Assembly (NCBI GenBank): GCA_050115495.1
Contig: JASFQK010000036.1
Coordinates: 1-64,000 of the forward strand
Direction of reading: 5' to 3'
DNA: 64,000 bases
Source: Phycisphaerae bacterium
GTDB taxonomy: Bacteria; Planctomycetota; Phycisphaerae; UBA1845; Fen-1342
Shown here: in pieces, positions 37,878 through 52,004 of the stretch
Layout: each line of letters begins with the position of its first letter
Numbering within the stretch: position 1 is the first letter of the stretch
The notes under the pieces: model-generated
The model's database searches: none
Seen by the model: only the letters and a program-made list of their open reading frames with translations
What the model was told of the DNA's origin: nothing
Program-made: the position numbers and the translations under genes

Positions 37878-38123
37878 GACGTTGGCTACGGGGGGCCGGC
37901 GCTACGTGCGGGGCGCGCTGGCTGTCCGAGCCCCGAGCGGTAGCGAGCGGGTCGTTCGCGCAAACGTTCGCCGGTTGCGTCAACCGCTCCCTGCCGGTCT
38001 CGGACGGATTGCGTGCGGGGCGTTTGCCGCGTTCGACGTTCGACACGGAGGTCGGACGCTACGGGACGTCGGCCACGGGGGGCCGGCGCTACGAAGACGT
38101 CGGTCGCAGGGGGGCGACGCTAC
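37878..38123. repeat. Mosaic REP cluster between convergent genes
   Basis: 28-bp GTAG units 37878-37905, 38035-38062, 38065-38092, 38096-38123; 35-bp unit 37922-37956. Confidence 0.85.
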
Positions 38124-38126
38124 GGG

Positions 38127-38579
38127 TTAGTGGTCGGCGCCGATGTCCTGCGTGAACGAGTACAGGACGATGTGGTTCTCGTGCTCCTCGTGACGCGACA
38201 CGTGGCCGAGGAAGACCTGCAATCGCGTGCAGCAGTCGCGGATCAGCAACTGGTCCTCGGGCTTGAGCTGGTGCACGGTCTGCTCGAGTGAGTCCATGAG
38301 CGTGTGCAGCTCCGCGTGCTGGTGACGCAGCAATTCGACCTGTTGCGAGAGCGTGGGTCGTTGCTCGACGACCGGCTCGAGGTAGCCATCCTCCTCCTCG
38401 ATGTGCATCATCCGCCGCAGGTGCGCCGCGAAATGGTCGTAGCGCTGGCCCAGCTCCCTGAGCCAGTCCTTCAGGCTGCCCGGGGGGATCGAGACGATGT
38501 GCTCGCGGAGGCGGTGGGCCAGATCGTTGACCTTGGCACCTTCGTGCTTCATCCAGTCGGCGAGGGTTTTCGGATCCAT
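38127..38579 (-). CDS. Hemerythrin/HHE cation-binding domain protein
   Basis: Helical protein with H..HIEEEDGYL..HQH..HEEHE metal-ligand pattern. Confidence 0.78.
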   Translation of the reverse strand: MDPKTLADWMKHEGAKVNDLAHRLREHIVSIPPGSLKDWLRELGQRYDHFAAHLRRMMHIEEEDGYLEPVVEQRPTLSQQVELLRHQHAELHTLMDSLEQTVHQLKPEDQLLIRDCCTRLQVFLGHVSRHEEHENHIVLYSFTQDIGADH

Positions 38580-38647
38580 GCTGCGTACTCCCAGGACACA
38601 TCCGCCGCGCCGCCGGAGCGGCGCCGCCGGTCGCGCCGTTTACGAAC

Positions 38648-39361
38648 TCACTTCAGTATTCCGCGGGCCCGCAGGGCCTGACAGACCAGCTCCATCGTCT
38701 CGGCGATGGGGAAGCGATCGGTGTTGACCACGACATCGTGGCGGGTGAGCTCGCCGGCCCGCTTGCCGAAGTGGTGCCGCAGGAAATCGGTGCGTTCCTG
38801 CTGGATGCGCTCTACCTCGGCCATGGCCAGGGCGGTGCTGACGCCCGTCCGTTCTGCAAAACGCCGGGCCCGAACCTCGGGCGGGGCCACGAGGTACACG
38901 CGCAGGCCGCGCTCGCGGGGCAGCATCATGTCCGCCCCACGTCCGAGAAAAACAGCGTTCCCCTGGCGAGCCAGGGCCAGCACCGTCTCGCTGAGTCGGG
39001 GGAAGTATTCCTCCCGGCGGAACTCGCCGCCCATCAGCCAGCGGAGCGTCGATTCGATCCAGCCGAGGTCGCGCTCGTCGAGGTCCTCGTAGAGGCGGGC
39101 GCGCACGCGGTCGTCGCCGGCCATCGCCTGGAGGATCTCGCGGTCGAACACGGGCCAGCTCAGGCGCTGGCTGAGCTTCTCGGTCAAGGCTCCGCCACCT
39201 GCACCGACCATGCGCGAAATCGACACGAAATCTTGAACTTCGTGATCGGCGGTCGCCGCCCGCGGCTCGTGCTGTTGGGAGCGGGCCAGCTCCCAATAGC
39301 GCATCTGCCGCTCGACGGCCTTCGCCACGTCGGTCCTACCGCTGCTGGGTTTCCCTGCCAT
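38648..39361 (-). CDS. Cytidylate kinase-like family protein
   Basis: ISRMVGAGG, FDREIL, GNAVFLGRGA, LRVYLVAP. Confidence 0.85.
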   Translation of the reverse strand: MAGKPSSGRTDVAKAVERQMRYWELARSQQHEPRAATADHEVQDFVSISRMVGAGGGALTEKLSQRLSWPVFDREILQAMAGDDRVRARLYEDLDERDLGWIESTLRWLMGGEFRREEYFPRLSETVLALARQGNAVFLGRGADMMLPRERGLRVYLVAPPEVRARRFAERTGVSTALAMAEVERIQQERTDFLRHHFGKRAGELTRHDVVVNTDRFPIAETMELVCQALRARGILK

Positions 39362-39427
39362 CGGACACCTCGGCGGGCATTATAGGGTGCAGGGGGCGAG
39401 GGGCACCAGCCCGGCGGGCGGGGGCGC

Positions 39428-39470
39428 AAAGAACGGGGGCCGGCGCTGCCAGGCGGCAGGCCGGCCCCCG
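39428..39470 (-). terminator. Hairpin/terminator after the DHOD-like gene
   Basis: cgggggccggc...gccggcccccg followed by ttcttt on the minus strand. Confidence 0.55.
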
Positions 39471-39509
39471 GGAGGGATCCGGTGAGGGGCGGCTGAGCCC
39501 GCCCGTGGA

Positions 39510-40499
39510 TCAGGCGTAGTTGGTGAGGGCCTTCATGTAGTTGGCCCGCTCGAAGGCCGCCGGGTCCGGGCAGGACTTCTGGCTCATGCTGCCCTTCATC
39601 TGCTCGACGGACGTGTACTCGTGCTCGGTCATCCAGTCCTGCATTTCCTTGAGGATGGTGCCGACGGCCTTCGGGCCGTTGCGGAGCAGGACGGAGCAGA
39701 GCTGGGTCACGTCGGCCCCGGCCATGATCATCTTGATGGCGTCCAGGCCGGAGGCGATGCCCGTGGTGGCCGCCAGGCTGACCTGCACGTGGCTGCGCAG
39801 GACGGCGATCCAGCGGAGCGGCAGGCGCATCTCGTAGGGGGTGCTCAGTTGCAGGTTGGGCTGCACCTCGAGCTGCTCGAGGTCGATGTCCGGCTGGTAG
39901 AAGCGGTTGAAGAGCACGAGGCCGTTGGCGCCGGCCGTCTCCAGCCGCCGGGCCATCGCCGCCATGGCGCTGAAGAACGGGCTCAGCTTCAGGGCGACGG
40001 GGATCGTGACGGATTTCTTGACGGCCTTGAGCACGTCTTCGTAGAGGCGCTCGATCTTCTCGCCCGTCTGGTCCGGCTGCGTGGCCAGGAAGTACACGTT
40101 GAGCTCGAGGCCATCGGCGCCGGCGTCCTGCATCTTGCGGGCGTACTCGGTCCAGCCGCCGACCGTCGCCCCGTTCAGGCTGGCGATGACGGGAATGCTC
40201 ACCGCCTTCTTCACGTTGGCGATGTGTTCGAGGTACTGCTCGGGGCCGAGGCGGTATTCATCCACTTCGGGGAAGAAGCTCAGGGCTTCGGCGTAGCTCT
40301 CGGTGCCGGCGGCGAGGTGATGGTCCAGTTCGCCGGCATCATGCCGGATCTGCTCCTCGAACAGCGAGTGCAGCACGATGGCGGCGGCGCCGGCGTCCTC
40401 CATCTGGCGGATGGCGTCGAGCTTGGCCGACAGGGGGCTGGCTCCGGGTACGAGGGGGTTCTTCAGCTTGAGACCCATGTAGGTGGTCGAAAGGTCCAT
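39510..40499 (-). CDS. Dihydroorotate dehydrogenase-like flavoprotein (PFOR-associated)
   Basis: YMGLKLKNPLV, SLFEEQI, IASLNG, KLSPFF, LFNRFYQPDID, FERANYMK. Confidence 0.88.
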   Translation of the reverse strand: MDLSTTYMGLKLKNPLVPGASPLSAKLDAIRQMEDAGAAAIVLHSLFEEQIRHDAGELDHHLAAGTESYAEALSFFPEVDEYRLGPEQYLEHIANVKKAVSIPVIASLNGATVGGWTEYARKMQDAGADGLELNVYFLATQPDQTGEKIERLYEDVLKAVKKSVTIPVALKLSPFFSAMAAMARRLETAGANGLVLFNRFYQPDIDLEQLEVQPNLQLSTPYEMRLPLRWIAVLRSHVQVSLAATTGIASGLDAIKMIMAGADVTQLCSVLLRNGPKAVGTILKEMQDWMTEHEYTSVEQMKGSMSQKSCPDPAAFERANYMKALTNYA

Positions 40500-40583
40500 G
40501 GCAGCGTCTTTCCTTCGACTGGGGTGTACCAGGTTTCTGATCGTCCAGGCGGGCGCCGCCCGGCGGGCAGCGCCCACGCACCA

Positions 40584-44168
<3,585 letters not shown>

Positions 44169-44405
44169 GGATGCGATACTCCAACTCGTGAGGGTCGTTC
44201 GCACGAACCCGCAGGGTCCGTCGAAAAGGGGTACTGTACCACGATCACGGCTCGGCGTCCGGTATCCGTGGGTTAGTTTCTGTTGAACGCGTAGCTCGCC
44301 GACGGGCGGTCATGTGGCCGGGAACGCTCACGGCCCAAGGCGCTTTGCGAAGGTCGGCCGTGTCACGCATATCGGCAGGGGAGGCGTCGCGGATCTATGC
44401 CGCGC

Positions 44406-44453
44406 AAAAAAAAGGCACACCGCCGCTGCCGTGACCGAGTAGCGACGATGTGC
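44406..44453 (-). terminator. Intrinsic terminator after the S8 protease
   Basis: Minus strand GCACATCGTCGCT..AGCGGCGGTGTGC followed by T8. Confidence 0.75.
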
Positions 44454-44486
44454 TGATCGGTGCGCGCGTCCGCGCGCCTAGGGGTA

Positions 44487-47294
44487 TTATCGCCCCCGCC
44501 GACCCGGCCGCCGGAGGCAGCACAGGCCGAGGAGGGTAAGCGGGAGACAGCTCAGGGCGCCGGCGCCACAGCCCACGGGGAGGACAGCCGGCTGGGCGGA
44601 GTCGGCCGGGGTGCCGGTGTCGTCCGTCTGGCTGCCGTCGTCGGGCTGGTCCTGGCTCGCCTGAGTCTCGTCATCATCCTGGGATCCGTCGTCGTTGTTG
44701 TCGTCGTTGCCGTCATCGTTGCCGTCGTCGGTGACCGAGACCTTGGCCCGGTGGATCGCGCTGTCGCAGGCGTCGCCGATGCCGTCGCGGTCGCGGTCGG
44801 TCTGATCGGGGTTCCAGACGTCGCGGCAGTTGTCGCAGGGGTCGCCGATGCCGTCGTGATCGGAGTCGATCTGGTCGGGGTTGGCGACGAACGGGCAGTT
44901 GTCGTCACAGTCGAAGACGGTGTCGAGGTCGGAGTCGTAGTCGACGGCCCCGCAGCCGCAACGGCCGGGCGAGGTCTTGTAGGGGTCGTCGGGGCAGTAG
45001 TCGACGCAGTCCGGCGTACCGTCGCCGTCGGTGTCGATCTCCGGGACGCCGCAACCGCAGATGCCGGCGTCGATGTGGTAAGGATCGTTGGGGCATTCAT
45101 CCTGGCAGTCGGGGGCGCCGTCGCCGTCGCTGTCGATGTCGGAGACGCCGCAGCCGCAGACGCCGGGTTCGGTCTTGTTGTAATCGTTGGGGCAGTTGTC
45201 CAGGCAGTCGACGACGCCGTCGCCGTCGCTGTCGATGTCGGCCTCACCGGGGCACTGGTCGACGCAGTCGGGGGTGCCGTCGCCGTCGGAGTCGGTGTCG
45301 GGCTCACCGCAGCCGCAGAAGCCGGGGTCGGACTTGTAGGGATCGTCGGGGCAGAGATCGCAGGGGTCGATCACGCCGTCGCCGTCCGAGTCACGTTCGA
45401 GCTCGCACTGGTCGATCACACCGTTGTGGTCGCAGTCCAGCGAGGGATCGGTGGCGATGTCGCACTCGTCGGGGATCGTGTTGTTGTTGCAGTCGTCGCT
45501 GGTGCCGTTGGCGATGTCGACGCTGTCCGGGATGCCGTTACCGTTGCAGTCGCCCTCCTGCACGATGGCTTCGGCGCCGGTGATGATGAGGGCGAAGTTG
45601 AGCCCGCCGCCGGGCAGCGTGCCCTTGTGCGAGACGGAGAGGCGGTACGTGTCGACTGTTGGGTTGTTGATGACGACCTGCTCGACGTTGTCCGTATTGT
45701 TGTCGCCGGTCGTGGCAGCGGCCGAGGGATTGGCGAGGTTGAGGACCCACGGGAAGTAAGTGGCGGAGCCGTCTTCGGCTTCGAGACGCAGGTCGAGATC
45801 GTAGACGAGCACCTTCGTCGGGTTGTCGAGTTCCTCGGGCGGCGGGTTGCCGGCGGCGTCGGTCCAGCAAATCGTCGCGCGAAGCTGCGAAACGCCCGTG
45901 GCCGGTGTAATGCGGAGGAAGACACTCTGACCGTAGGTGAGCTTCCACTCGTGTATGGTCAGCGGCTGGGACACGTCGGCACTGATGGTCTGGGCGGCCT
46001 TGAGCGTGTTCAGCAGGCCCCAGCCGTACGAGTAATCAGGGCCGGGAGCACTGCCGCACTCGTCGGCGGTGTGGATGACCAGGCCCTTGAGCGTGCAGGA
46101 GCGCATGTCGGCGTCGCCGGTGTGCGTCTGGCGCCAGTGCTGGATGAGCAGGCCGAGCGAGCCGGCCACGTTGGGCGAGGACATCGACGTGCCGGAGCCG
46201 TAGTCCCACGTGCCGCCGGTCACGGACGAGAGCAGCTCGTAGCCGTTGCCGGTGATGTCGGGCTTGATGCGGCCGTCGTCGGCCGGTCCCCACGAGGAGA
46301 ACGTGGTCATCTGCACCTGGCTGGGCGAGGAATACCCGCCGATCACGTCGCGCGTGGCGCCGACGGTCAGGATGTTCTTGGCCAGCGCGGCGCCTTCGAT
46401 GCAGTCGTAGTCGCCGTCCGGATCGCGCGTCGCGTACCCACGGACCCAGCCTTGGCCGGGCTCGTACCAGATGTGCGACTCGCCCGGTCCGGGGCCGACG
46501 TCGCTACGGTCGTTGCCGGCGGAGCGTACGACCAGGTAGTACGGGCGCACGTTGGCGAGCATATCCCAGGTGCGGGCGTCACTGTCGTAGTGGCCGAAAC
46601 GGTAGTCCTCCAATTCGCTCTTGGTCACGTCTCCGAACCAGTACCACTCTTCCTGCTGCGGGTCGAGGAAATTTCCCCACTCGAAACCGGCGACGAGGCC
46701 GTAGGAGTGGTTGGAGACGCGCAGGCCGCTGCCCGCCGCCGAGGAGGCCTCGGTCGTGTCGTTGTCCCAGTCATAGCAGTGGAGCTGCGCGCCCGGACAC
46801 ATGCCGCGCGTGGCGTAGTACGGGTTACCCGTCCAGGCCCCGCCACCGATCATCGTGCCGGCGACGTGCGTGGCGTGATCCCCGGTGCCTGCAGGGTTGT
46901 CCATCTGGACCGCCCGCGCTGCGCCGGGGCTGCTGAATTCGGGATGCGTGGTCTCGACGGCGTCGCCGTCCCAGACGCCCAGCGTGATGCCGCTGCCGGT
47001 GAGGTTCAGGCCGCTGGAGTAGCCGGGCCAGAGCTCGTCGGAACTGACGGAGTCGGCGGCGTTCAGGTTGTGCGTGACGAAATAGCGGGGAATGCCGCGT
47101 ACGATGGCCTGGAGCTCGTAGGTGCGGCCGTTGTGGCCGACGTGTCGGACCTGCCAGCCGTTGTCGCGGGCGTACGTCTGGGCTTGCGCGCGATCGAGGA
47201 TGGTCACCGACTGGCCGGTGGCGACGGGCTCCTGCCCCCACGCCACGCTGACCACGAGCAGGAAGAAGACACCGAGTACGAGCACACGCCGCAT
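44487..47294 (-). CDS. Secreted S8 serine peptidase with Cys/Asp-rich TSP3-like repeats and C-terminal anchor
   Basis: Triad [23 protein letters not shown] oxyanion; DSDGDG..DC.D.CP repeats; terminal CGAG + hydrophobic + RR. Confidence 0.9.
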   Translation of the reverse strand: MRRVLVLGVFFLLVVSVAWGQEPVATGQSVTILDRAQAQTYARDNGWQVRHVGHNGRTYELQAIVRGIPRYFVTHNLNAADSVSSDELWPGYSSGLNLTGSGITLGVWDGDAVETTHPEFSSPGAARAVQMDNPAGTGDHATHVAGTMIGGGAWTGNPYYATRGMCPGAQLHCYDWDNDTTEASSAAGSGLRVSNHSYGLVAGFEWGNFLDPQQEEWYWFGDVTKSELEDYRFGHYDSDARTWDMLANVRPYYLVVRSAGNDRSDVGPGPGESHIWYEPGQGWVRGYATRDPDGDYDCIEGAALAKNILTVGATRDVIGGYSSPSQVQMTTFSSWGPADDGRIKPDITGNGYELLSSVTGGTWDYGSGTSMSSPNVAGSLGLLIQHWRQTHTGDADMRSCTLKGLVIHTADECGSAPGPDYSYGWGLLNTLKAAQTISADVSQPLTIHEWKLTYGQSVFLRITPATGVSQLRATICWTDAAGNPPPEELDNPTKVLVYDLDLRLEAEDGSATYFPWVLNLANPSAAATTGDNNTDNVEQVVINNPTVDTYRLSVSHKGTLPGGGLNFALIITGAEAIVQEGDCNGNGIPDSVDIANGTSDDCNNNTIPDECDIATDPSLDCDHNGVIDQCELERDSDGDGVIDPCDLCPDDPYKSDPGFCGCGEPDTDSDGDGTPDCVDQCPGEADIDSDGDGVVDCLDNCPNDYNKTEPGVCGCGVSDIDSDGDGAPDCQDECPNDPYHIDAGICGCGVPEIDTDGDGTPDCVDYCPDDPYKTSPGRCGCGAVDYDSDLDTVFDCDDNCPFVANPDQIDSDHDGIGDPCDNCRDVWNPDQTDRDRDGIGDACDSAIHRAKVSVTDDGNDDGNDDNNDDGSQDDDETQASQDQPDDGSQTDDTGTPADSAQPAVLPVGCGAGALSCLPLTLLGLCCLRRPGRRGR

Positions 47295-47608
47295 GGATAC
47301 ACCTCTTTCGCGTTTGTTCGGGGCTGGTCGTCGCCTGCCGCCCGCAGACGGCTTCACTACTCGCCGGGGCGGTGCTGCCACCGCACCCAGACCCGTGCCG
47401 TCGTCAGGCATCCTTGCCGCAAAGCGCCCGCACCGCGCAGCGGTCCCCCGTCACGCGTGTCCCCTGGGGACCGGAGTCGTGGGCTCGCCAGCAAGCCAAC
47501 AGCGCGGGCTCGCCCCAGCCGCTCTCCACAACGTCCAGTGTAGCTCCGCGGGCCGGTGCATTCAACCGCGTTTCGCTGCTTGAGTTAGCTGCTGAGAGAG
47601 AGGGGCGG

Positions 47609-49216
47609 TCAGCCGCCGGCGGGCTGCCCGTCGGCTGCGCCATTATCGGCGTGCGCGGAGTGGTTTTCCGCCTCGATGACGATCCCGCTGGCGCGCGTGT
47701 CGCGGACCCCGGTGTCATCCAGTTCGGCGACGAAGGTGGGGAAGAGCACTGTGAAACTGGAACCGCGCCCGGGGCGTGAGTAAACGATCATCCGCCCGCC
47801 CGACTGCTCCACGACCTCGCGGACGATGGACAGACCCATGCCCGTTCCGGGGATACCCGCCGCCAGGGCGTTGCTTCCCCGACGAAACGCGTCGAAGATC
47901 GACGCGCCGCCCGCGTCGTCCTTGCTTGGCAGCCCCTTGGCGTCGATACCGATCCCGGTATCCCGCACGATGACGTACACGTACTCCCGGTCGTCGCGGC
48001 GACCGGACGGCGCCAGAGCGGGGGCCTTGCCGACGAACACCATCACGCGGACGGTCCCGCCGGCGGGGGTGTACTTGATCGCGTTTTCGATCAGGTTGCC
48101 GACGCAATCGTTAAGATCCGCCTCGTGCACGCGCACGGACAGGTCGATGCCCTCCGGGACCTGCCAGGTGAATTCGAGACCCTTTTCCTCTGCGACCGGT
48201 GCATCCTGGCGGCATAGCTTGGTGACGACGCTCCCCATGTCCACGCGGGCGGCGCGGTGGCGACGTGGGTCGGCGTCCTGCACCCGCGCCAGTGTCAACA
48301 ACTCGGTGACCTGCACGATCCCTTCGCGCGAGCGGCGGACGATCTTGTCGCAGGTGCTCTTGACGTCCTCGTCACTGGTGAGGATGCCGTCGCGGATCAG
48401 GTTGGCCAGCGTCTGCACCATTGCCAGCGGGCTCTTGAGCTGGTGGGCGGCGGTCTGCATGAAGCGCGAACGACGGCGCTGAAGATCCTGAATGGCCACT
48501 TGCGATTTGTGCAGGGCGGCGTTGATGGCGGCCAATTGGCTCTGCCGGCGGTCCAGCAGCTTGCCGATGCGGTCCATGAAGTACAGCGTGCCGAAAACGG
48601 CGAAGGCCACGATCAGCACGACGAGCGCGACGTGCTGCGGGACCATGTGCTGCGTGTCCGCGCCGAGGTGCGGCAGGAAGGGGTAGTAGGGAATCCAGCC
48701 CTGCGCCTGTCCGACGCACATCGTCGTGTACAGCACGACGGCCCACGCGCTTTGCAGCGCCGCCTGCCAGGTGCGCAGCAGCAGGCCGGTGATAGCCACG
48801 TGGAAGAGGTAGAACAGCGACATCGGGTTCTCGACGCCGCCGGTGAGGGCGAGAATGCACGTCAGCAACAGGAGGTCCGTCGCGATCTGGGCGCTGGCGT
48901 ACGTCTGCCCGCTACGGATCGTGGCCCGCAGGTCTTTCTCCGGGTTCTCCAACTGGTGTCGGAACAGCCGGGAAACGACGACCCAGACGCAGTTTACGCC
49001 GGCCACGCAGAGCACGGCGATCCACAGCGCCCAGGGGCGTTGGACGGCGCTGGCCGGGTTGAAGATCCGCTCGCACACCAGCACGACGAAGCCGCCGGCG
49101 GCGAAGATCCAGCGCAAGCGTACGAACCAGTGCAGTTGCAGCAGCACGACCAGGGCGTAGGGCTTGCCCGGACCAGCGCCCGCGTCGGTCAGGGTTCTCC
49201 CGGTATCCTCCGGCAT
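47609..49216 (-). CDS. Membrane sensor histidine kinase
   Basis: About 6 TM helices with LRW start; AAHQLKSPL H-box; NLIENAIKY, DTGIGI, GTGMGL. Confidence 0.92.
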   Translation of the reverse strand: MPEDTGRTLTDAGAGPGKPYALVVLLQLHWFVRLRWIFAAGGFVVLVCERIFNPASAVQRPWALWIAVLCVAGVNCVWVVVSRLFRHQLENPEKDLRATIRSGQTYASAQIATDLLLLTCILALTGGVENPMSLFYLFHVAITGLLLRTWQAALQSAWAVVLYTTMCVGQAQGWIPYYPFLPHLGADTQHMVPQHVALVVLIVAFAVFGTLYFMDRIGKLLDRRQSQLAAINAALHKSQVAIQDLQRRRSRFMQTAAHQLKSPLAMVQTLANLIRDGILTSDEDVKSTCDKIVRRSREGIVQVTELLTLARVQDADPRRHRAARVDMGSVVTKLCRQDAPVAEEKGLEFTWQVPEGIDLSVRVHEADLNDCVGNLIENAIKYTPAGGTVRVMVFVGKAPALAPSGRRDDREYVYVIVRDTGIGIDAKGLPSKDDAGGASIFDAFRRGSNALAAGIPGTGMGLSIVREVVEQSGGRMIVYSRPGRGSSFTVLFPTFVAELDDTGVRDTRASGIVIEAENHSAHADNGAADGQPAGG

Positions 49217-49329
49217 CGGGCAGTACTCCGACGGTGCGGCTCGCGTTTCGGCAGAACTGAGACCAGAACGCGGACTGGGTCTGAGCCGCGGGGCCAGAAC
49301 GAACTGAAGGTGCGCCTCGCTCCCCTAGC

Positions 49330-50391
49330 TTAACAGATGCGGGGCAATTCCTCACCGTAAGGTCGCTGCACGATTCGGCGACCGCCGGCCCGGGTGAGGA
49401 GTTCGACCAGGGGCGGCTGGGACTGGCAGACGCGGCCGATGACGGCGGCCTGACGCCCGAGCGGATGACCGCGCCAGGCGGCCAGGGCCCGGTCGGCGTC
49501 ATTGGCGGCTACCACGCCGATCACCTTGCCCTCGTTCGCCACGGTCAGCGGGTCGAGGCCGAGCATCTCGGCGGCGTGGCGGGCGGTCGGTGAAACGGGG
49601 ATGCGCTCTTCATCGATCTCGACACTGTGGCCGGTACCCTCGCTGATGTCGGCCAGCACGCCGGCCAGACCGCCGCGCGTGGCGTCCCGCAGGAAGCGAA
49701 CATCGGCGCCGCTGTCGAGGAGGGCGGCGATGAGGCCGTTGAGCGGGGCGGCGTCGGTGCGCAGGTCTGATTCAAACGCGATTCCGGCGCGGACGGACAT
49801 GACGGTCAAGCCGTGGTCGGCGAGGTTGCCATTGACCAGGATGACGTCGCCCGGGCCGACGCGGTCGATGGCCAGGCGGGCGTCGGGGCGGCGCCGGCCG
49901 ACGCCGGCGGTGTTGATGAAGAGCCCCGATTCCAGGGTGGCTTCGCCGGTTTGGCCGGATCGGCGGCGGTCGATGACTTTCGTGTCGCCGGTGACGATGG
50001 AGACGCCGGCCTCGCGGGCGGTGGCGGCGATCGTGGCCACGATGCGGTCGAGCGTAGCGAGCGGCAGGCCCTCTTCGATGATCAGGCCGAGGCTCAGGGC
50101 GACCGGTTCAGCGCCCATGACGGCGAGATCGTTGACCGTGCCGGCGACGGCCAGGCGGCCGATGTCGCCGCCGGGGAATTCGAGCGGGGTGACGACGTAG
50201 GAATCGGTGGTGAGGACGAGGTCGCCGGCGGGCCAGGGCAGGACGGCGCCGTCGGTGAGGGCGGTCAGCGTGTCGTTGGCGAGTGGGCCGACGAGATGGT
50301 CGCGGATGAGGCGCGACATGAGTTCGCCCCCGCCGCCGTGGGCCAGAACGACGTGGTCGTGGGTTTGTCGGCGATTGGTGGAAGTGGTCAT
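49330..50391 (-). CDS. hypE: Hydrogenase maturation protein HypE
   Basis: HGGGG, TTDSYVV, GTVNDLAV, TGDTKV, RDATRGG, ANEGK, C-terminal PRIC. Confidence 0.96.
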   Translation of the reverse strand: MTTSTNRRQTHDHVVLAHGGGGELMSRLIRDHLVGPLANDTLTALTDGAVLPWPAGDLVLTTDSYVVTPLEFPGGDIGRLAVAGTVNDLAVMGAEPVALSLGLIIEEGLPLATLDRIVATIAATAREAGVSIVTGDTKVIDRRRSGQTGEATLESGLFINTAGVGRRRPDARLAIDRVGPGDVILVNGNLADHGLTVMSVRAGIAFESDLRTDAAPLNGLIAALLDSGADVRFLRDATRGGLAGVLADISEGTGHSVEIDEERIPVSPTARHAAEMLGLDPLTVANEGKVIGVVAANDADRALAAWRGHPLGRQAAVIGRVCQSQPPLVELLTRAGGRRIVQRPYGEELPRIC

Positions 50392-50465
50392 GGATGGGAA
50401 TGTAACCGGTTTTTGTGGGTGTCAGAAGACGGGTGCGGGGCGGTTTGCGTGGCGTGTGGTTGCTG

Positions 50466-50552
50466 GCGCTGAAAAAGGGGACAGGCACCTCGGCGGGGGC
50501 GTGTTGAGAATGTGTGGGTCGGTTGCGTCGGAGCCAGTCCCCATTTTCAGCG
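50466..50552. repeat. Inverted-arm element copy 2; contains the hypD stop codon
   Basis: gcgctgaaaaaggggacaggcacctcg-N34-gtcggagccagtccccattttcagcg. Confidence 0.8.
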
Positions 50553-51626
50553 TGCGGCGGCGGCGCGGTGGTATTTGTACCAGGCGGCGCAGGTGCCTTC
50601 GCTGCTGACCATGCAGGGGCCGACGGGGTCGGTGGGTGTGCAGCGCGTGGCGAAGAGGGGGCAGTCGGCGGGCTCGGCCTTGCCCTGGATCACCTGACCG
50701 CACAGGCACGCGGGGTGGTCCTCATCCTCGCCGAGTGTCAGCCCGAAACGCTCGATGGCATCGAATCGGCGGTAGAGGGGTGCCAGCTCGAGGCCGCTGC
50801 CGGGGATCACGCCGAGTTCGCGCCACGGGGCGTCGGCGACGGAGAAGACGCGATCGATCATCGCCCGGGCGGCGGGGTTGCCCTCATCGCGAACGACCGC
50901 CGGGTAGGCGTTCTCAACCGCGGCCCGGCCTTCGGCGATTTGCCGGACGAGCTGCACGAGGCCGAGGAGGATCGGACGCGGCTCGAAGCCGGCGACGACG
51001 CACGGTCGGCGGTGTTGGTCGACGATCGGCTGGTACGCGGCGGTGCCGATGATCACGCTGACGTGGCCGGGGCAGAGGAAGCCGTCGAGCGGAACGTCCT
51101 CGGCTTCGAGCAGGGCGAGCATCGCCGGCACGACGAGCTTGTGGCACATGAGGACGCTGAAGTTCGCGACGTCGTCGCGGGCGGCTTCGAGGATGGTGGC
51201 AGCGGTTGCCGGCGCGGTTGTCTCGAAACCGACGGCGAGGAAGACGACCGGACGATCGGGGTTGGCGTGGGCGATTTGCAGGGCGGTGCGGGCTGAGTTA
51301 ACGACGCGGACGTCGGCGCCGCGGGCACGCTGGCGTTCGAGACTGCCCTGGCGGCCGGGGACGCGGATCATGTCGCCGTACGTCGTGACGATCAGGTCAG
51401 GCCGGCCGGCGAGGTCGATGGCGGCGTCGATGTGCCGCTGAGCCGTGACGCAAACGGGGCAGCCGGGGCCACTGACGAGCCGCAGATTCTCAGGCAGGAG
51501 GCTGCGGATGCCGCTGCGGAAGATCGACACGGTGTGCGTGCCGCAGACTTCCATGACCTGCACCCGGCGGGACAACTGCCGGCACAGGGCGGCGAGCTCG
51601 TCGCGCAGCTCGGCGGTGTCGCTCAT
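50547..51626 (-). CDS. hypD: Hydrogenase maturation protein HypD
   Basis: MEVCGTHT, GPGCPVC, GFETT, PGHVS, C-terminal Fe-S cysteines, GPCMVSSEGTC. Confidence 0.97.
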   Translation of the reverse strand: MSDTAELRDELAALCRQLSRRVQVMEVCGTHTVSIFRSGIRSLLPENLRLVSGPGCPVCVTAQRHIDAAIDLAGRPDLIVTTYGDMIRVPGRQGSLERQRARGADVRVVNSARTALQIAHANPDRPVVFLAVGFETTAPATAATILEAARDDVANFSVLMCHKLVVPAMLALLEAEDVPLDGFLCPGHVSVIIGTAAYQPIVDQHRRPCVVAGFEPRPILLGLVQLVRQIAEGRAAVENAYPAVVRDEGNPAARAMIDRVFSVADAPWRELGVIPGSGLELAPLYRRFDAIERFGLTLGEDEDHPACLCGQVIQGKAEPADCPLFATRCTPTDPVGPCMVSSEGTCAAWYKYHRAAAAR

Positions 51627-51886
51627 GGTTGCTCCCCAGGTGGGGCGGATTCGCCGCCGGCCTCGGCCGCTGGATCGGTGAGGATCTGCTGGAGGTAGTC
51701 CCAGGTTTCGCGGGCCTCGGCTTCGTCGAGCTGCGAGATGGCGAAGCCGGCGTGGATCAGGACCCAGTCGCCGACGCCGGCTTCGGGCGTGAGGACGGTG
51801 CTGATCTGGAGCCGATTTCCCTGGAGATCGACGGTGGCCAGGTCATCCTGCTGTTCGATGATCTTCGCGGGTACAGCCAGGCACAT
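51623..51886 (-). CDS. hypC: Hydrogenase chaperone HypC
   Basis: MCLAVPAK..VGDWVLIHAGFAI. Confidence 0.96.
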   Translation of the reverse strand: MCLAVPAKIIEQQDDLATVDLQGNRLQISTVLTPEAGVGDWVLIHAGFAISQLDEAEARETWDYLQQILTDPAAEAGGESAPPGEQP

Positions 51887-51923
51887 CGGGTTGCGCTCCG
51901 AAATTGACGTTAGCAGTCAGTCA

Positions 51924-52002
51924 GGAAAGGGGACAGGCACCTCGCGGGGTGCGGTGTCCGGGGCTGTCCGAGCGCTACGGCTCGGAGCCAGTCCCCTTTT
52001 TC
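51924..52002. repeat. Inverted-arm element copy 3 (between hypF and hypC)
   Basis: ggaaaggggacaggcacctcg-N36-ctcggagccagtcccctttttc. Confidence 0.8.
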
Positions 52003-52004
52003 GA

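Noticed and set aside
37878..38123. CRISPR-like appearance of repeated 28-mers (also 230-425, 7015-7099)
   Set aside because: Spacing is irregular (2 to over 100 bp), units are mixed and degenerate, dispersed in both orientations, and no cas genes are present; fits REPs
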